Both the position numbers and the translations under genes were made by a program. The notes under the pieces were generated by a model. That model did not search any database. It was not told the origin of the DNA and saw only the letters and a list, made by a program, of their open reading frames with translations. From Alphaproteobacteria bacterium (GTDB taxonomy: Bacteria; Pseudomonadota; Alphaproteobacteria; UBA828), in assembly GCA_965237415.1 (NCBI GenBank), contig CBDEFM010000002.1, forward strand, positions 1,248,001-1,312,000: DNA of 64,000 nucleotides, written 5' to 3'. Shown piece by piece: positions 23,996 through 34,010 of the stretch. Positions within the stretch are counted from its first letter, which is position 1. Every line of letters begins with the position of its first letter.

Positions 23996-25246
23996 TTAGC
24001 GCCAAATTCCTCGTGTATCGATTACCAGTTTGTCCGTCAATTTTGCCTGGTCCATATTCCGAAATTCCTGGTGGTCGGTCAGAAGCACCACGATTCGGGC
24101 CGACATCAGTGCCTCATCCAGGGAAGCAAGTATCGTACCATTGTTCCCCGCTAATTCCGTCGGCAGTGCTACGATATGCGGCTCCACAACGAGCAATCGT
24201 CCCGCAATCGATTGCTGTAAGCCGCGTACGACCTCAATTGACGGGCTTTCACGCAAATCTCCGACATCCGCCTTGTAGCTCAGGCCGAGACAAGCAACAT
24301 CGGGCTGCACCATTTCCACAGCCGCCGATAAGACGCGTTCGATCACCTTACGCGGCTTGTCATCATTGACCCGCCTTGCCGTGCCAATTAGCGGCGTAAG
24401 ATCAGGTGCGGAGTGCACCAGAAACCAAGGATCGACAGCGATACAGTGGCCACCGACACCGGGGCCGGGCCGAAGAACATCGACGCGCGGGTGGCGATTG
24501 GTAAGCTCTATGAGTTCCCAGGGATCGACGCCGAGGAACTCGCACACCGAAGAAATTTCGTTGGAGAACGCGATATTGACGTCTCGGTATGCGTTTTCGG
24601 TCAGTTTTGCCAACTCGGCCGTTCGTGCATTCGTTATCGAACACGTGCCCTGCAAGAATACCTCGTAGAGAGCCTTCGCAGCCGCGGCGCATGCGGGCGT
24701 CACTCCTCCTACGACGCGATCGTTTTGCAAGAGTTCCACAATAATCCGGCCTGGCAAAATTCGCTCAGGACTGTAGGCGACACGGATATCGCTGCCTTCT
24801 CCCTTCGAATTGGGAAATGACAGGTCCGGGCGAAGCGCCGAGAGCCATTCGCAGAGTGCTTCCGACGTCCCGACCGGCGAGGTCGATTCGAGCACCACTA
24901 GATTTCCCGACCTTAGCACCGGCGCCAGGCTTCTCGCGGCAGCCTGCAAGTGACTGAGATCGGGAGCATGCCCATCCTTCAGGGGTGTCGGAACGGCAAT
25001 GATAAAGGCGTCGGCGATAGCCAGCTCTTCTTGAGCACGCAACTTCCCGCTTACGACCGCGCCGCGAACCATGACATCGAGATGGGGCTCTACGATGGGG
25101 GCCACGCCGGTGTTTATCGTCGCCACGCGATCAGGATCGGTATCGACGCCAATCACCTCGATATTGTTCGTTGCGAATGCTGCTGCCGTCGGAAGCCCGA
25201 CATAGCCGAGGCCGATCACGCAAAGTCGATTGAACCGCTCAGCCAT
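23996..25246 (-). CDS. wecC: UDP-N-acetyl-D-mannosamine dehydrogenase
   Basis: [38 protein letters not shown] motifs. Confidence 0.92.
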   Translation of the reverse strand: MAERFNRLCVIGLGYVGLPTAAAFATNNIEVIGVDTDPDRVATINTGVAPIVEPHLDVMVRGAVVSGKLRAQEELAIADAFIIAVPTPLKDGHAPDLSHLQAAARSLAPVLRSGNLVVLESTSPVGTSEALCEWLSALRPDLSFPNSKGEGSDIRVAYSPERILPGRIIVELLQNDRVVGGVTPACAAAAKALYEVFLQGTCSITNARTAELAKLTENAYRDVNIAFSNEISSVCEFLGVDPWELIELTNRHPRVDVLRPGPGVGGHCIAVDPWFLVHSAPDLTPLIGTARRVNDDKPRKVIERVLSAAVEMVQPDVACLGLSYKADVGDLRESPSIEVVRGLQQSIAGRLLVVEPHIVALPTELAGNNGTILASLDEALMSARIVVLLTDHQEFRNMDQAKLTDKLVIDTRGIWR

Positions 25247-25670
25247 CGATCAGGTTCGCCAGAATTCGTTCGCTTGCATGGCCGTCTCCGTAGGGATTGT
25301 GAACCCGCGCCATAGCGGCATAAGCATCCGAGTCATCCAGCAACGCCGTTACCTCTTTGACGATACGGTCAGAATTCGTGCCGACCAGCCTCACCGTACC
25401 GGCTTCCACGGCTTCGGGTCGCTCCGTAACCTCTCTTGTCACGAGCACCGGCTTGCCAAGCGACGGGGCTTCCTCCTGGATTCCGCCGGAATCTGTAACA
25501 ATGATATAGGCTTCGGTCATAAGGTAAACGAATGCCACATAGTCGAGAGGAGGAATTAGATGAATATTGGGATGAGAGCCCAGGGCCTCATGTACTGGGG
25601 TGCTCACGTTAGGATTCGGATGGACCGGATATACAATTTCGACATCGTCACGCGCTGAAATTCGAATCAG
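25239..25670 (-). pseudogene. wecB: UDP-GlcNAc 2-epimerase, 3' fragment (IS256-interrupted)
   Basis: [29 protein letters not shown] motifs; joins the 5' fragment as [12 protein letters not shown]. Confidence 0.92.
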
Positions 25671-27119
25671 GGTCGTGTCCCAGGACGTGGTGTAGGAGTT
25701 GTTGGAGCCTCTGTTAGCTGTGGGTAGGCGGCTTGCTGTAGCGACCGCCGAGAGTCTGGCGTAGGCAAGCCGGCTATCCACAGCGGAGGCCATCGCGGTT
25801 CCGGTTTAGGGTTGGGCTAGAGCGAACCAACCTGACCCGAAGGAGAACCACGATGACCCAGGACATGATGACCCTGCGCGCGCTTTTGGAGAAGAGCTCC
25901 GATGCCGATCTGCTTCGCGAGATGATCGGCTTCACGGCCGAGCGGCTGATGGCACTGGAGGTCGAGGGCCTGACCGGCGCCGGGCACGGCGAGCGCTCGG
26001 CGGATCGTATCACCCATCGCAACGGCTATCGCGAGCGACGCTGGGAAACGCGGGCGGGCACGGTGGAGCTGAAGATCCCGAAGCTGAGGAAGGGGAGCTA
26101 CTTCCCGGGCTTCCTGGAGCCGCGGCGGATGGCCGAGAAGGCGCTGGCTGCGGTGATCCAGGAGGCCTACATCCAGGGCGTATCGACCCGCTCGGTCGAC
26201 GATCTGGTTCAGGCGATGGGGATGTCGGGCGTCTCCAAGAGCCAGGTCTCCAGGCTGTGCGGCGAGATCGACGATAAGGTCAACGGCTTCCTCGATCGAC
26301 CGCTGGAGGGCGACTGGCCCTATCTGTGGCTGGATGCGACTTATTTGAAGGTGCGCGAGGCCGGGCGCATCGTCTCGGTCGCGGTGACTGTGGCTGTGGC
26401 CGTCAACGACCAAGGCCGCCGCGAGGTCCTGGGCGTGGCGATCGGCGCGTCGGAGGCCGAGATCTTTTGGACCGAGTTCCTGCGCTCGCTGGCCCGGCGC
26501 GGGCTGCGCGGCGTGAAGCTGGTGATCTCCGACGACCACAAGGGCCTGAAGGCCGCCGCGACCCGGATCCTCGGCGCCACATGGCAGCGCTGCCGCGTGC
26601 ACTTCGCCCGCAACCTGCTGGCCCATGCCGGCAGGCAGGGCCGGCGCGTCGTCTCCGCCTTCGTCGCCACCGCCTTCGCCCAGGAGGACGCCGACAGCGC
26701 CAAGGCCCAGTGGCGCCAGGTCGCCGACCAACTCAGGCCCAAGGTGCCCAAGCTGGCAGTTCTCATGGACGAAGCCGAGCACGACGTCCTCGCCTACATG
26801 AGCTTCCCCAGGGAGCACCGCCAGAAATTGCATTCGACCAACCCGATCGAACGGCTCCATGCCGAGGTCAAGCGCCGCACCAACGTCGTCGGTATCTTTC
26901 CCAACGAAGCCGCTATCACACGGCTCGTCGGTGCCATCCTTCTCGAGCAGAACGACGAGTGGGCCGTCTCAAGGAGATACATGACGCTGGAATCCATCGC
27001 TCCGCTGCGCGATGGTGTCCCCATCACGCTGCCCACCGTGGCAGCCTGAACGTCCCGGCCCTACCCGCCGGGAGCCGCGTAGAGCGCAACGCTCTTACAC
27101 CACGCGCCGGGACACGATC
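25671..27119 (+). mobile_element. IS256-family insertion sequence (~1.45 kb)
   Basis: Imperfect terminal IRs GGTCGTGTCCCAGGACGTGGTGTAGGAG / GATCGTGTCCCGGCGCGTGGTGTAAGAG; target duplication AATCAG(GG) at 25665 and 27120. Confidence 0.93.
25853..27049 (+). CDS. IS256-family transposase
   Basis: [41 protein letters not shown] (DDE triad); intact 398 aa. Confidence 0.96.
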   Translation: MTQDMMTLRALLEKSSDADLLREMIGFTAERLMALEVEGLTGAGHGERSADRITHRNGYRERRWETRAGTVELKIPKLRKGSYFPGFLEPRRMAEKALAAVIQEAYIQGVSTRSVDDLVQAMGMSGVSKSQVSRLCGEIDDKVNGFLDRPLEGDWPYLWLDATYLKVREAGRIVSVAVTVAVAVNDQGRREVLGVAIGASEAEIFWTEFLRSLARRGLRGVKLVISDDHKGLKAAATRILGATWQRCRVHFARNLLAHAGRQGRRVVSAFVATAFAQEDADSAKAQWRQVADQLRPKVPKLAVLMDEAEHDVLAYMSFPREHRQKLHSTNPIERLHAEVKRRTNVVGIFPNEAAITRLVGAILLEQNDEWAVSRRYMTLESIAPLRDGVPITLPTVAA

Positions 27120-27809
27120 AATCAGGGCTTTGCATACCTCCGCTATACCGGGGCCCAAATTCTCGCGCCGATGCCCGGTAACGAGAATCAACCGCCTGTT
27201 CGCACTGAGGTCAGGTAAGGCCGCACAAGCCTTTTCGGTTAACTTGGGCTCGTTTCCAAGTCTCTCAACCATATATTCTAGAGCATCGACAACGGTATTG
27301 CCTGTAAGCGTGATTCCCTCTTCGGCAATTCCTTCGGCCAGGAGATTCTTGCGTGCTTGTTCCGTCGGCACATAGTGCCGATCGCTAATCAGATCGGTCA
27401 ATCGCCGGTTTATTTCTTCCGGCCAGGGCATCGAGATGTTCCCGCTACGTAGACCGGCTTCAACATGGCCGACCGGTGTCTTGGAATAAAATGCGGCAAG
27501 AGCCGCGGCGAAGGAGGTCGTCGTATCGCCTTGTACCAACACGCGATCCGGCCGCGCTTCGGAAAGGACTGTCGCCATTCCTGTCGTAACGGCGTTCGTA
27601 ATATGCGTAAGGTCTTGGTTGGGTTTCATGACACTCAGATCGAAGTCCGATCGAAGCCCAAACATTTTGAGGCCGGAATCCAGCATCTCACGATGCTGAG
27701 CCGTCACACAGATAAGGTGCTCAACCTCTTCAGACGAAGACAAGGCACGTGCCACCATCGCCATCTTAATCGCTTCGGGACGCGTCCCTATTACGGACAG
27801 GACTCGCAT
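27120..27809 (-). pseudogene. wecB: UDP-GlcNAc 2-epimerase, 5' fragment (IS256-interrupted)
   Basis: GTRPEAIKM, VQGDTTT, HVEAGLRS, TGHRREN motifs. Confidence 0.93.
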
Positions 27810-28045
27810 GTTAATTCGGATGATCGTCGATTGTACAACTCAAATCCATATGCTTTTGGTTTGAGCCTATATGCCTACTAAACATGAAGAGTTAAATAAC
27901 GCGGAAACGGATGTTTAAATCGATTTATTGAAGGCCGTATGTGGAGGCGGAGGGGACCACGCCCTACGCGCCATGGCCGTCCGAGCCAAACCCGATGGAC
28001 GCGCACTGTGATGGGCTGCAGAATCGCCTTAGTCTGCGAGCCATC

Positions 28046-28927
28046 ATGTATCCGGCGCCCATCGAGGCCTATTTCGCACCGAAGACCGTCGAGGAGGCGC
28101 TCAGGTGCCTCGCCGAGGCGGGCGACAGCGCGATGTTCATCGCCGGCGGAATGAGCCTGATGCAGGCCATGAAGGCGCGGCTGCTGGCACCGCGCGCCCT
28201 CATCGACCTGAACGAGGTGGAGGAGCTGAGCGGCCTCGCCAAAGGGCCGCGCGGCGTGACCGTGCGCCCCCTCACCCGTTACCGCGAGCTCACCGCGACC
28301 TCGGCGCTCCACGGTGCCCTGCAGGCGATCGGGGACGCGGCGGCAACGGTGGGCGACCGGCAAGTACGCAATGCCGGCACCATCGGCGGCAGTCTCTGCT
28401 GGAACTACGTCGCGTCTTGCATGCCGAACGTCTGCCTCTGCCTCGATGCGACACTTGTTCTTGCCTCACGAGGCGGTGGCGAGCGAACCCTGCCTATTGA
28501 AGAATTTCTGGTCGGGCCGCTCGAAACCGCACGGCGTGACGACGAGCTCTTGATCGAGATTAACTTTCCGTCCTCAAAGCACTACGGAGTCGGCAGCGCC
28601 TACAAAAAATATAGCGCAACGGTAGACGGATTACCCATCATCGGCATCGCGGCCTCGATCGAAATCGACGAGTCCGGGCTTTGTACAGATGCACGCTTCA
28701 GCGTCGGCGGTATTCTGCCAACCGCCCAACGGTTCGACGGAGTCCGCGCGCTACTTTGCGGCCAACCGGGCAGCCCAGAGACCTCTGCCAAAGCGGCCAG
28801 CGCCGCAGCCGATGCAATCGAGACGCAGACGGACCATCTCGCCAGCGCCCACTATCGCAAGGTGCTGATCCGTACGCTTGGCCGCGACGTGTTGGCCGAG
28901 GCTCATGCCCGCGCGATGGGGAGGTAG
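28046..28927 (+). CDS. Molybdenum hydroxylase FAD-binding medium subunit (CoxM/CutM-like)
   Basis: IAGGMSL and QVRNAGTIGGSL motifs. Confidence 0.88.
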   Translation: MYPAPIEAYFAPKTVEEALRCLAEAGDSAMFIAGGMSLMQAMKARLLAPRALIDLNEVEELSGLAKGPRGVTVRPLTRYRELTATSALHGALQAIGDAAATVGDRQVRNAGTIGGSLCWNYVASCMPNVCLCLDATLVLASRGGGERTLPIEEFLVGPLETARRDDELLIEINFPSSKHYGVGSAYKKYSATVDGLPIIGIAASIEIDESGLCTDARFSVGGILPTAQRFDGVRALLCGQPGSPETSAKAASAAADAIETQTDHLASAHYRKVLIRTLGRDVLAEAHARAMGR

Positions 28928-28931
28928 GCGT

Positions 28932-29447
28932 GTGAACAAGACGATCACCGTCACCGTCAACGGCAAAGCCTACGAGCGGACCGTGCCGATCCGCCTTCTG
29001 CTCGTCGATTTCATCCGCGACGAATGCCGCCTGACCGGCACACACATCGGTTGCAGCTACGAAGGACGTTGCGGGGCGTGCACGGTGATGATCGAGGGAC
29101 GCGCCCACAAGTCCTGCATGAAGCTCGCGGTGCAAGCCGACGGCAAGGACGTGACCACGATCGAGGGGCTCGGCAGCCGGGATAACCTGCACCGATTGCA
29201 ACAGGCCTTCCGCCGCTATCACGCGCTGCAGTGCGGGTTTTGCACGAGCGGGATCCTGATGAACGCAGTCGATTTCCTGAACGAGAACATCAACCCGAAC
29301 GAAGAAGAGGTGCGCCGCGCCCTGGTCGGTAACCTCTGCCGCTGCACCGGCTACACCCATATCGTCGAGGCGATCCTCGCCGCTTCGGCCATGCGTCACG
29401 GGGTGAAGCCGGTGCCGCCGCCGGCGGAAACCGAGAGCGCGCCATGA
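28932..29447 (+). CDS. Molybdenum hydroxylase 2Fe-2S small subunit (CoxS/CutS-like)
   Basis: GCSYEGRCGACTV, QCGFCTSG, GNLCRCTGY motifs. Confidence 0.92.
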   Translation: MNKTITVTVNGKAYERTVPIRLLLVDFIRDECRLTGTHIGCSYEGRCGACTVMIEGRAHKSCMKLAVQADGKDVTTIEGLGSRDNLHRLQQAFRRYHALQCGFCTSGILMNAVDFLNENINPNEEEVRRALVGNLCRCTGYTHIVEAILAASAMRHGVKPVPPPAETESAP

Positions 29448-31846
29448 CCAGGGCCGGCGAGGCACGCTGGATCGGCCGCTCGCTGGAGCGGCGCGAGGAT
29501 CTGCGCCTGCTCACGGGCCAAGGCGAATACCTTGCGGATCTCCGCGTCCCCGATTGCCTCCATCTCTGCTTCGTCCGCTCGAGTCACGCGCACGCCAAGA
29601 TAAGGAGCGTTCGACTGGAGACGGCGCTAGCGATGCCGGGCGTGGTCGGCGCGATCGCCGGCGCCGAACTCTCTAAGGAGATTCAGGGCCAAAAGATTCC
29701 GGTATTGATCCCCGCCTTCGCCGCGACCTATCGCCAGTACTGGCCGCTCGCGGTGGACGAGGTGTATTGGCACGGCGAGCCGCTCGCCGCGATCGTGGCG
29801 CAAGACAAGTATGTCGCCGAGGACGCCGCGGCCGCCGTGGAGGTCGATTACGAGCCGCTCCCCGTCGTCACCGACGCCGAGGCTGCGCTGCGCGACGGCG
29901 CACCGCGGGTCTATGACGACTGGGACAGCAACGAGATTTTTGGCACCAGCTACACCGGCGGCTCCGAAGCGGACGAGATCGCCGCGAACGACGCCGAGGT
30001 CGAGGCCTTGTTCGCCAAGGCCGACGTGGTGCTCGAGCAACGCTTCCGCACCCACCGCTGCGGTGTCTGCCCCATCGAGACCCGGGGCGCGCTCGCGATC
30101 TGGAGCGATGCGGACGGGTTGACCGTGCACCTGACGACGCAACGCCCTCACATCGAGCGTCTCGCCCTTGCCGACCTCCTCGAGCTTTCGACCGCCGAGG
30201 TTCGGGTCGTCGCACCACGCGATCAGGGCGGCGGCTTCGGCGTCAAGGCGCCGTTCTACCGCGAGCATGTCGTGGTCTGTCATCTCGCGCGCAAGCTCGC
30301 CCGACCAGTGCGCTGGATCGAGACACGCGAAGAACACCTGATGACGGTGAGCCAGGAGCGCGACCAGATCCACGATCTCGAAATCGCGGCGGACAAGGAG
30401 GGCCGCATCCTCGCGCTCCGCAATCGCGGCATTGCCGATGTGGGCGATGGGCGCCAGGGGGTCTATTGGGGCTTCGTCATGCCCTCGCTCGGCTCGGTCA
30501 TGCTGCCGAACGCCTACGCGATCGGGCGTGCCGATATCAAGCTGCGCTGCGCGGTCACCAACAAGACCTGCCTGAGCCCGTCGCGCTCGTTCGGTGCGCT
30601 GCCCACACGTTTCGCGCTCGAACGCGGCCTCGACATGCTGGCACGCAAGCTCGGGCTCGAAACGGTGGACCTCAAGCGCAGGAACCTGATCACCGACTTC
30701 CCGTTCACCAGCGTTACGGGTGTCCATCACGACAGCGGCGATTACGTGAAGGCGTGGGACACGCTGCTGGACAAGGTCGATCTCGCCGGCTTTCGCGCGC
30801 TGCAGAAGGAAGCCCGTGCCGAGGGTCACTATCTCGGGATCGGCTTCGCCTGCGGTGCCGAGTTCTCCGGGATTCCCTCGGACGTGCTGGTGCCCCTGGA
30901 GAACCAGCCCGGCTACGGCGTCGTCACCATGCGCATCGACCCGCGCGGCAAGGTGGCGATCCACGAAGGCGATGCGCCGCAGGGCCAAAGCCACGAGACC
31001 ACGATGGCGCAAGTTGCCGCAGACGCATTCGGCATTCATCCGGACGACGTGAGCGTGCGGCACGGCGATACCGCTACGACGCCGCTCAGCTCGGGCACCA
31101 TCGGCGCGCGCGGCGCCTCCTACACCGTTGCCGCCATCGCCGACGCCGCGGCCGCTCTCAAGGCGAAGATGGCGCGCTACATGATCCACGATCACGGGCT
31201 GGAGGGCGCGAGCCCCGACGATTTCAGCTTCAGGGGCGGCGCGGTCATCTACAGGAAGGATGGCAATATCCGCCGCGAGTTCGCCGCGCTCGCGGATCGC
31301 ATCGTGATGGGGTCGATCGACCTGCCGCCCGGCGAGAGTCCCGGTCTTGAGCACACGGCCTATTTCGAAGCGCCCAAGGCCATGATCTGCTTCACCGCGC
31401 AGGCGGCCAAGGTCGAGGTCGATATCGAAACCGGGCAGTTCGCCATCCTCGACTACGCCACCTGCGAAGATGTCGGCACCGTGATCAATCCGATCGTCGT
31501 CGAAGGCCAGGTTCAGGGCGGCGTCGTCCAGGGCATGTCGAACGCACTGTTCGAGGAGTTCCTGTACGACGAGAACGGCCAGCAGTTGACGGCCGATTTC
31601 GAGAATTATCGCCTCGCCTCTGCTGCCGACGTCCCGAACGTGACGGTCAGCCACTCGCCCACGCCCTGCCCGGACCATCCCCTGGGGGTTCGCGCGGTGG
31701 GCGAAGGCAGGCCGGGGCCCGTCCCGGCCGCGCTCGCCAACGCCATTTGCGATGCGCTCTCGCCCTTCGGCGTCGAAATCACGACGCTTCCGCTCAAGCC
31801 CGAGATGATTTTCGCCTTGATCGAAGCTGGCCGCGCTGGGACTTAG
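29444..31846 (+). CDS. Molybdenum hydroxylase large subunit (xanthine dehydrogenase/CoxL family), substrate unknown
   Basis: GGGFGVK, QGQSHET, VEGQVQGG, VGEG motifs; active-site loop PSRSFG. Confidence 0.9.
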   Translation: MTRAGEARWIGRSLERREDLRLLTGQGEYLADLRVPDCLHLCFVRSSHAHAKIRSVRLETALAMPGVVGAIAGAELSKEIQGQKIPVLIPAFAATYRQYWPLAVDEVYWHGEPLAAIVAQDKYVAEDAAAAVEVDYEPLPVVTDAEAALRDGAPRVYDDWDSNEIFGTSYTGGSEADEIAANDAEVEALFAKADVVLEQRFRTHRCGVCPIETRGALAIWSDADGLTVHLTTQRPHIERLALADLLELSTAEVRVVAPRDQGGGFGVKAPFYREHVVVCHLARKLARPVRWIETREEHLMTVSQERDQIHDLEIAADKEGRILALRNRGIADVGDGRQGVYWGFVMPSLGSVMLPNAYAIGRADIKLRCAVTNKTCLSPSRSFGALPTRFALERGLDMLARKLGLETVDLKRRNLITDFPFTSVTGVHHDSGDYVKAWDTLLDKVDLAGFRALQKEARAEGHYLGIGFACGAEFSGIPSDVLVPLENQPGYGVVTMRIDPRGKVAIHEGDAPQGQSHETTMAQVAADAFGIHPDDVSVRHGDTATTPLSSGTIGARGASYTVAAIADAAAALKAKMARYMIHDHGLEGASPDDFSFRGGAVIYRKDGNIRREFAALADRIVMGSIDLPPGESPGLEHTAYFEAPKAMICFTAQAAKVEVDIETGQFAILDYATCEDVGTVINPIVVEGQVQGGVVQGMSNALFEEFLYDENGQQLTADFENYRLASAADVPNVTVSHSPTPCPDHPLGVRAVGEGRPGPVPAALANAICDALSPFGVEITTLPLKPEMIFALIEAGRAGT

Positions 31847-31877
31847 CCCGGATTTCTCACCGGGCTCGCAGCCTGCG
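31844..31877. repeat. Family C half element overlapping a stop codon
   Basis: TAGCCCGGATTTCTCACC...GCCTGCG resembles the reverse complement of 4219-4252; its TAG ends the upstream gene. Confidence 0.75.
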
Positions 31878-32054
31878 TCATCGCCCATCGCGAATTTGGC
31901 GAGACCTTCCAGGCCGTGCTCTCAGGCGCGCTTGCGACCCGCTCCCCGTTGACGCGCAACCGGACAGCATAATACTGACGCCCGGTGCTACGCACCCGGC
32001 CCTCCGCCAGCGGCCGGCAAGCGATGCCGGCAGTGATCACGGGAGCGTTTTCAC

Positions 32055-32879
32055 ATGAACAGACTGAAATGGGTGTGCGCGCGCATTGTGGCCGCGCCGG
32101 CGTTCGACGGCCTGATCATCGCGATGATCCTGATAACCGCGCTCGGCCTCGGTCTGGAAACGAGCCAGGCGTTCCACGCGCACTTCGGCCACGCCATCCA
32201 GTGGGCCTTCCACGCGGCCCTTGCCATCTTCGTGATCGAAGCCGCGATCAAGCTCACCGCCGTCCCGCCCCGCTTCGAGCGCTATTTCAAGGACGGCTGG
32301 AACCTCTTCGACTTCGTCATCCTGGTCCTCGCCTTCGTGCCGGATGCAGGCGAGCTCGCCCTCGTCGCGCGGCTCGCGCGCCTGCTCCGGGTGCTCCGGG
32401 TGGCGACCGTGGTGCCGCAGCTCCGTGTCATCGTCTCGACCCTGATCCGCTCCCTGCCGGGGCTGGGCCACGTGATGCTGCTGCTCTCGGCGGTCTTCTA
32501 TGTCTACGCGATCACGGGCGTGCACCTCTTCCGCGACCACGACCCGACCCACTGGCGCAACCTCGGCATCGCGCTGCTCTCGCTCTTCCGCGTGATGACG
32601 CTGGACAACTGGACGGACATCATGTACGTCGCGATGGAGCTCCATTCGATGACTTGGTTGTTCTTCGTCAGCTTCGTGATGCTGGCGGCAGTCATCATGA
32701 TCAACCTCGTGATCGCGGTGGTGATCAACAACCTGCACGACGCGCGCCTCGAGGTGGCGCCGGTGAGGGGCGACGAAAGCGAAGACGAAGCGACACTCAG
32801 AGCCGTGCGCGAGGAGGCGGCGAACGCCCGCGCCGCCCTGGAGCGTGTCGAGACTATTCTCGCCAAGATGAAGAAATAG
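32055..32879 (+). CDS. Bacterial voltage-gated cation channel (BacNav/Ion_trans family)
   Basis: 6TM pattern, WNLFDF, S4 RLARLLRVLR, pore TLDNWTD, S6 INLVIAVVIN, coiled-coil tail. Confidence 0.9.
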   Translation: MNRLKWVCARIVAAPAFDGLIIAMILITALGLGLETSQAFHAHFGHAIQWAFHAALAIFVIEAAIKLTAVPPRFERYFKDGWNLFDFVILVLAFVPDAGELALVARLARLLRVLRVATVVPQLRVIVSTLIRSLPGLGHVMLLLSAVFYVYAITGVHLFRDHDPTHWRNLGIALLSLFRVMTLDNWTDIMYVAMELHSMTWLFFVSFVMLAAVIMINLVIAVVINNLHDARLEVAPVRGDESEDEATLRAVREEAANARAALERVETILAKMKK

Positions 32880-32919
32880 GCCGTCCCCTTCCCCCTTCCA
32901 GCGGTGCGCCGAAGTGCGC

Positions 32920-33249
32920 TAGCCTGGACCATGGTGCGGTGCAAGGCGCAGGGCGTCCGCGCCAGGATCGTGCCGTGCAGCAATCATGCTCCCGCGCGCG
33001 TATCCGCGCGACCTGCTCCCGCGCGCGTATCCGCGCGACCTGCTCCCGCGCGCGTATCCGCGCGACGCAGTGCGAAAGCGAGCGGGGTGCGCGGGCGGGC
33101 GTGACCCCAAATGCCGCGCGCGCGACCCTCCGAGCGCAGGCGACCTCAAATGCCGCGCGCACGACCCTCCGGGCGTGCGCGACTTGTCCCACGGAATCCC
33201 ACTTATCCCACTTAATCCCACTTAATCCCGGCGAATCCCGCATGAAATT
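32920..33249 (+). repeat. Dispersed repeat family A copy 2, with internal 27-bp x3 tandem
   Basis: Starts TAGCCTGGACCATGGTGCGGTGCA; TGCTCCCGCGCGCGTATCCGCGCGAC(C) x3 at 32987-33066; (ATCCCACTT)2+1 at 33196-33223. Confidence 0.88.
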
Positions 33250-33310
33250 TCGGTTTGCCGAGGTGGGACGCGGAACCGGATCGCGACGCGAAGGGCATGT
33301 GCAGGCCAAT

Positions 33311-33547
33311 GCCCGTTTTCGAAGTTCTTCCCTTCCGATACCGTGCGCGTCCTCTCGGACCTCAGTTCCTCACCCCGTCATGCCCGGACTCGTTCCGGGC
33401 ATCTCGCTCGGCCACATCCGTCGAACGACAAGCAAACACGTGGATGGCCGGGACAAGCCCGGCCATGACGGCGTGTGGGAATGGCCGGGTCGGAGAGATC
33501 ACCTGCCGGCCCAATTTCCTGGGAACGAACTTCGGAAACACGGGCTA
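33311..33547. repeat. Family B copy 2: ~235-bp imperfect palindrome containing a REP doublet
   Basis: Outer arms CCCGTTTTCGAAGTTCTTCCC / GGGAACGAACTTCGGAAACACGGG; inner arms CGTCATGCCCGGAC / GCCCGGCCATGACG. Confidence 0.82.
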
Positions 33548-33868
33548 TGGATGCGGGCCCCAGGGCGCTGCGTTCAGCAGTTCGACTTCCTGTGTGATGA
33601 CCAGCGGTCGGAAATTCCCGGCGAAGTTCATGAACTCGTCGTTCTGGAAGAGCCGCGCCCAGTGGGCCCGGCGGTCGGCGTCGTCGTCGAACTTCCAGAT
33701 ATGCACCAGCCGGTTGATGGTGCCGGTGTCGGCGATGAAATAGCCGATCAGCTTCTCGCCGAAGCCGCCCTTCTCCAGCGCGGGCCAGCCCAGATCCCGA
33801 TAGTGCGAGACAGCCTCCGGCAGCTTGCCGACCTTCAGCGTGTAAGTCCTCATCTCGTAGAGTGCCAT
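33545..33868 (-). CDS. NIPSNAP family protein
   Basis: LYEMRTYTLKVG and GTINRLVHIW motifs; 107 aa. Confidence 0.9.
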   Translation of the reverse strand: MALYEMRTYTLKVGKLPEAVSHYRDLGWPALEKGGFGEKLIGYFIADTGTINRLVHIWKFDDDADRRAHWARLFQNDEFMNFAGNFRPLVITQEVELLNAAPWGPHP

Positions 33869-34010
33869 GCCATTTCTCCCGTTTGGCTTCGTGCGGGAGA
33901 CTGGCGGGGCCGGCGCCTCGCGTCAATCGGCACGGAATGCGTGGCCATTGCCGGCGGCGCACCGGAGCGGGCAGACTGGCCGGACAGGAGAGCGATCGGG
34001 GAGCGGCAGC

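Noticed and set aside
27939-28045. N-terminal extension of the FAD subunit or remnant of an upstream gene
   Set aside because: No recognisable motif; it lies at the islet junction and cannot be assigned without a search.
28046-31846. Aerobic CO dehydrogenase (coxMSL)
   Set aside because: Gene order fits, but the AYxCSFR motif and accessory coxDEFG genes are absent.
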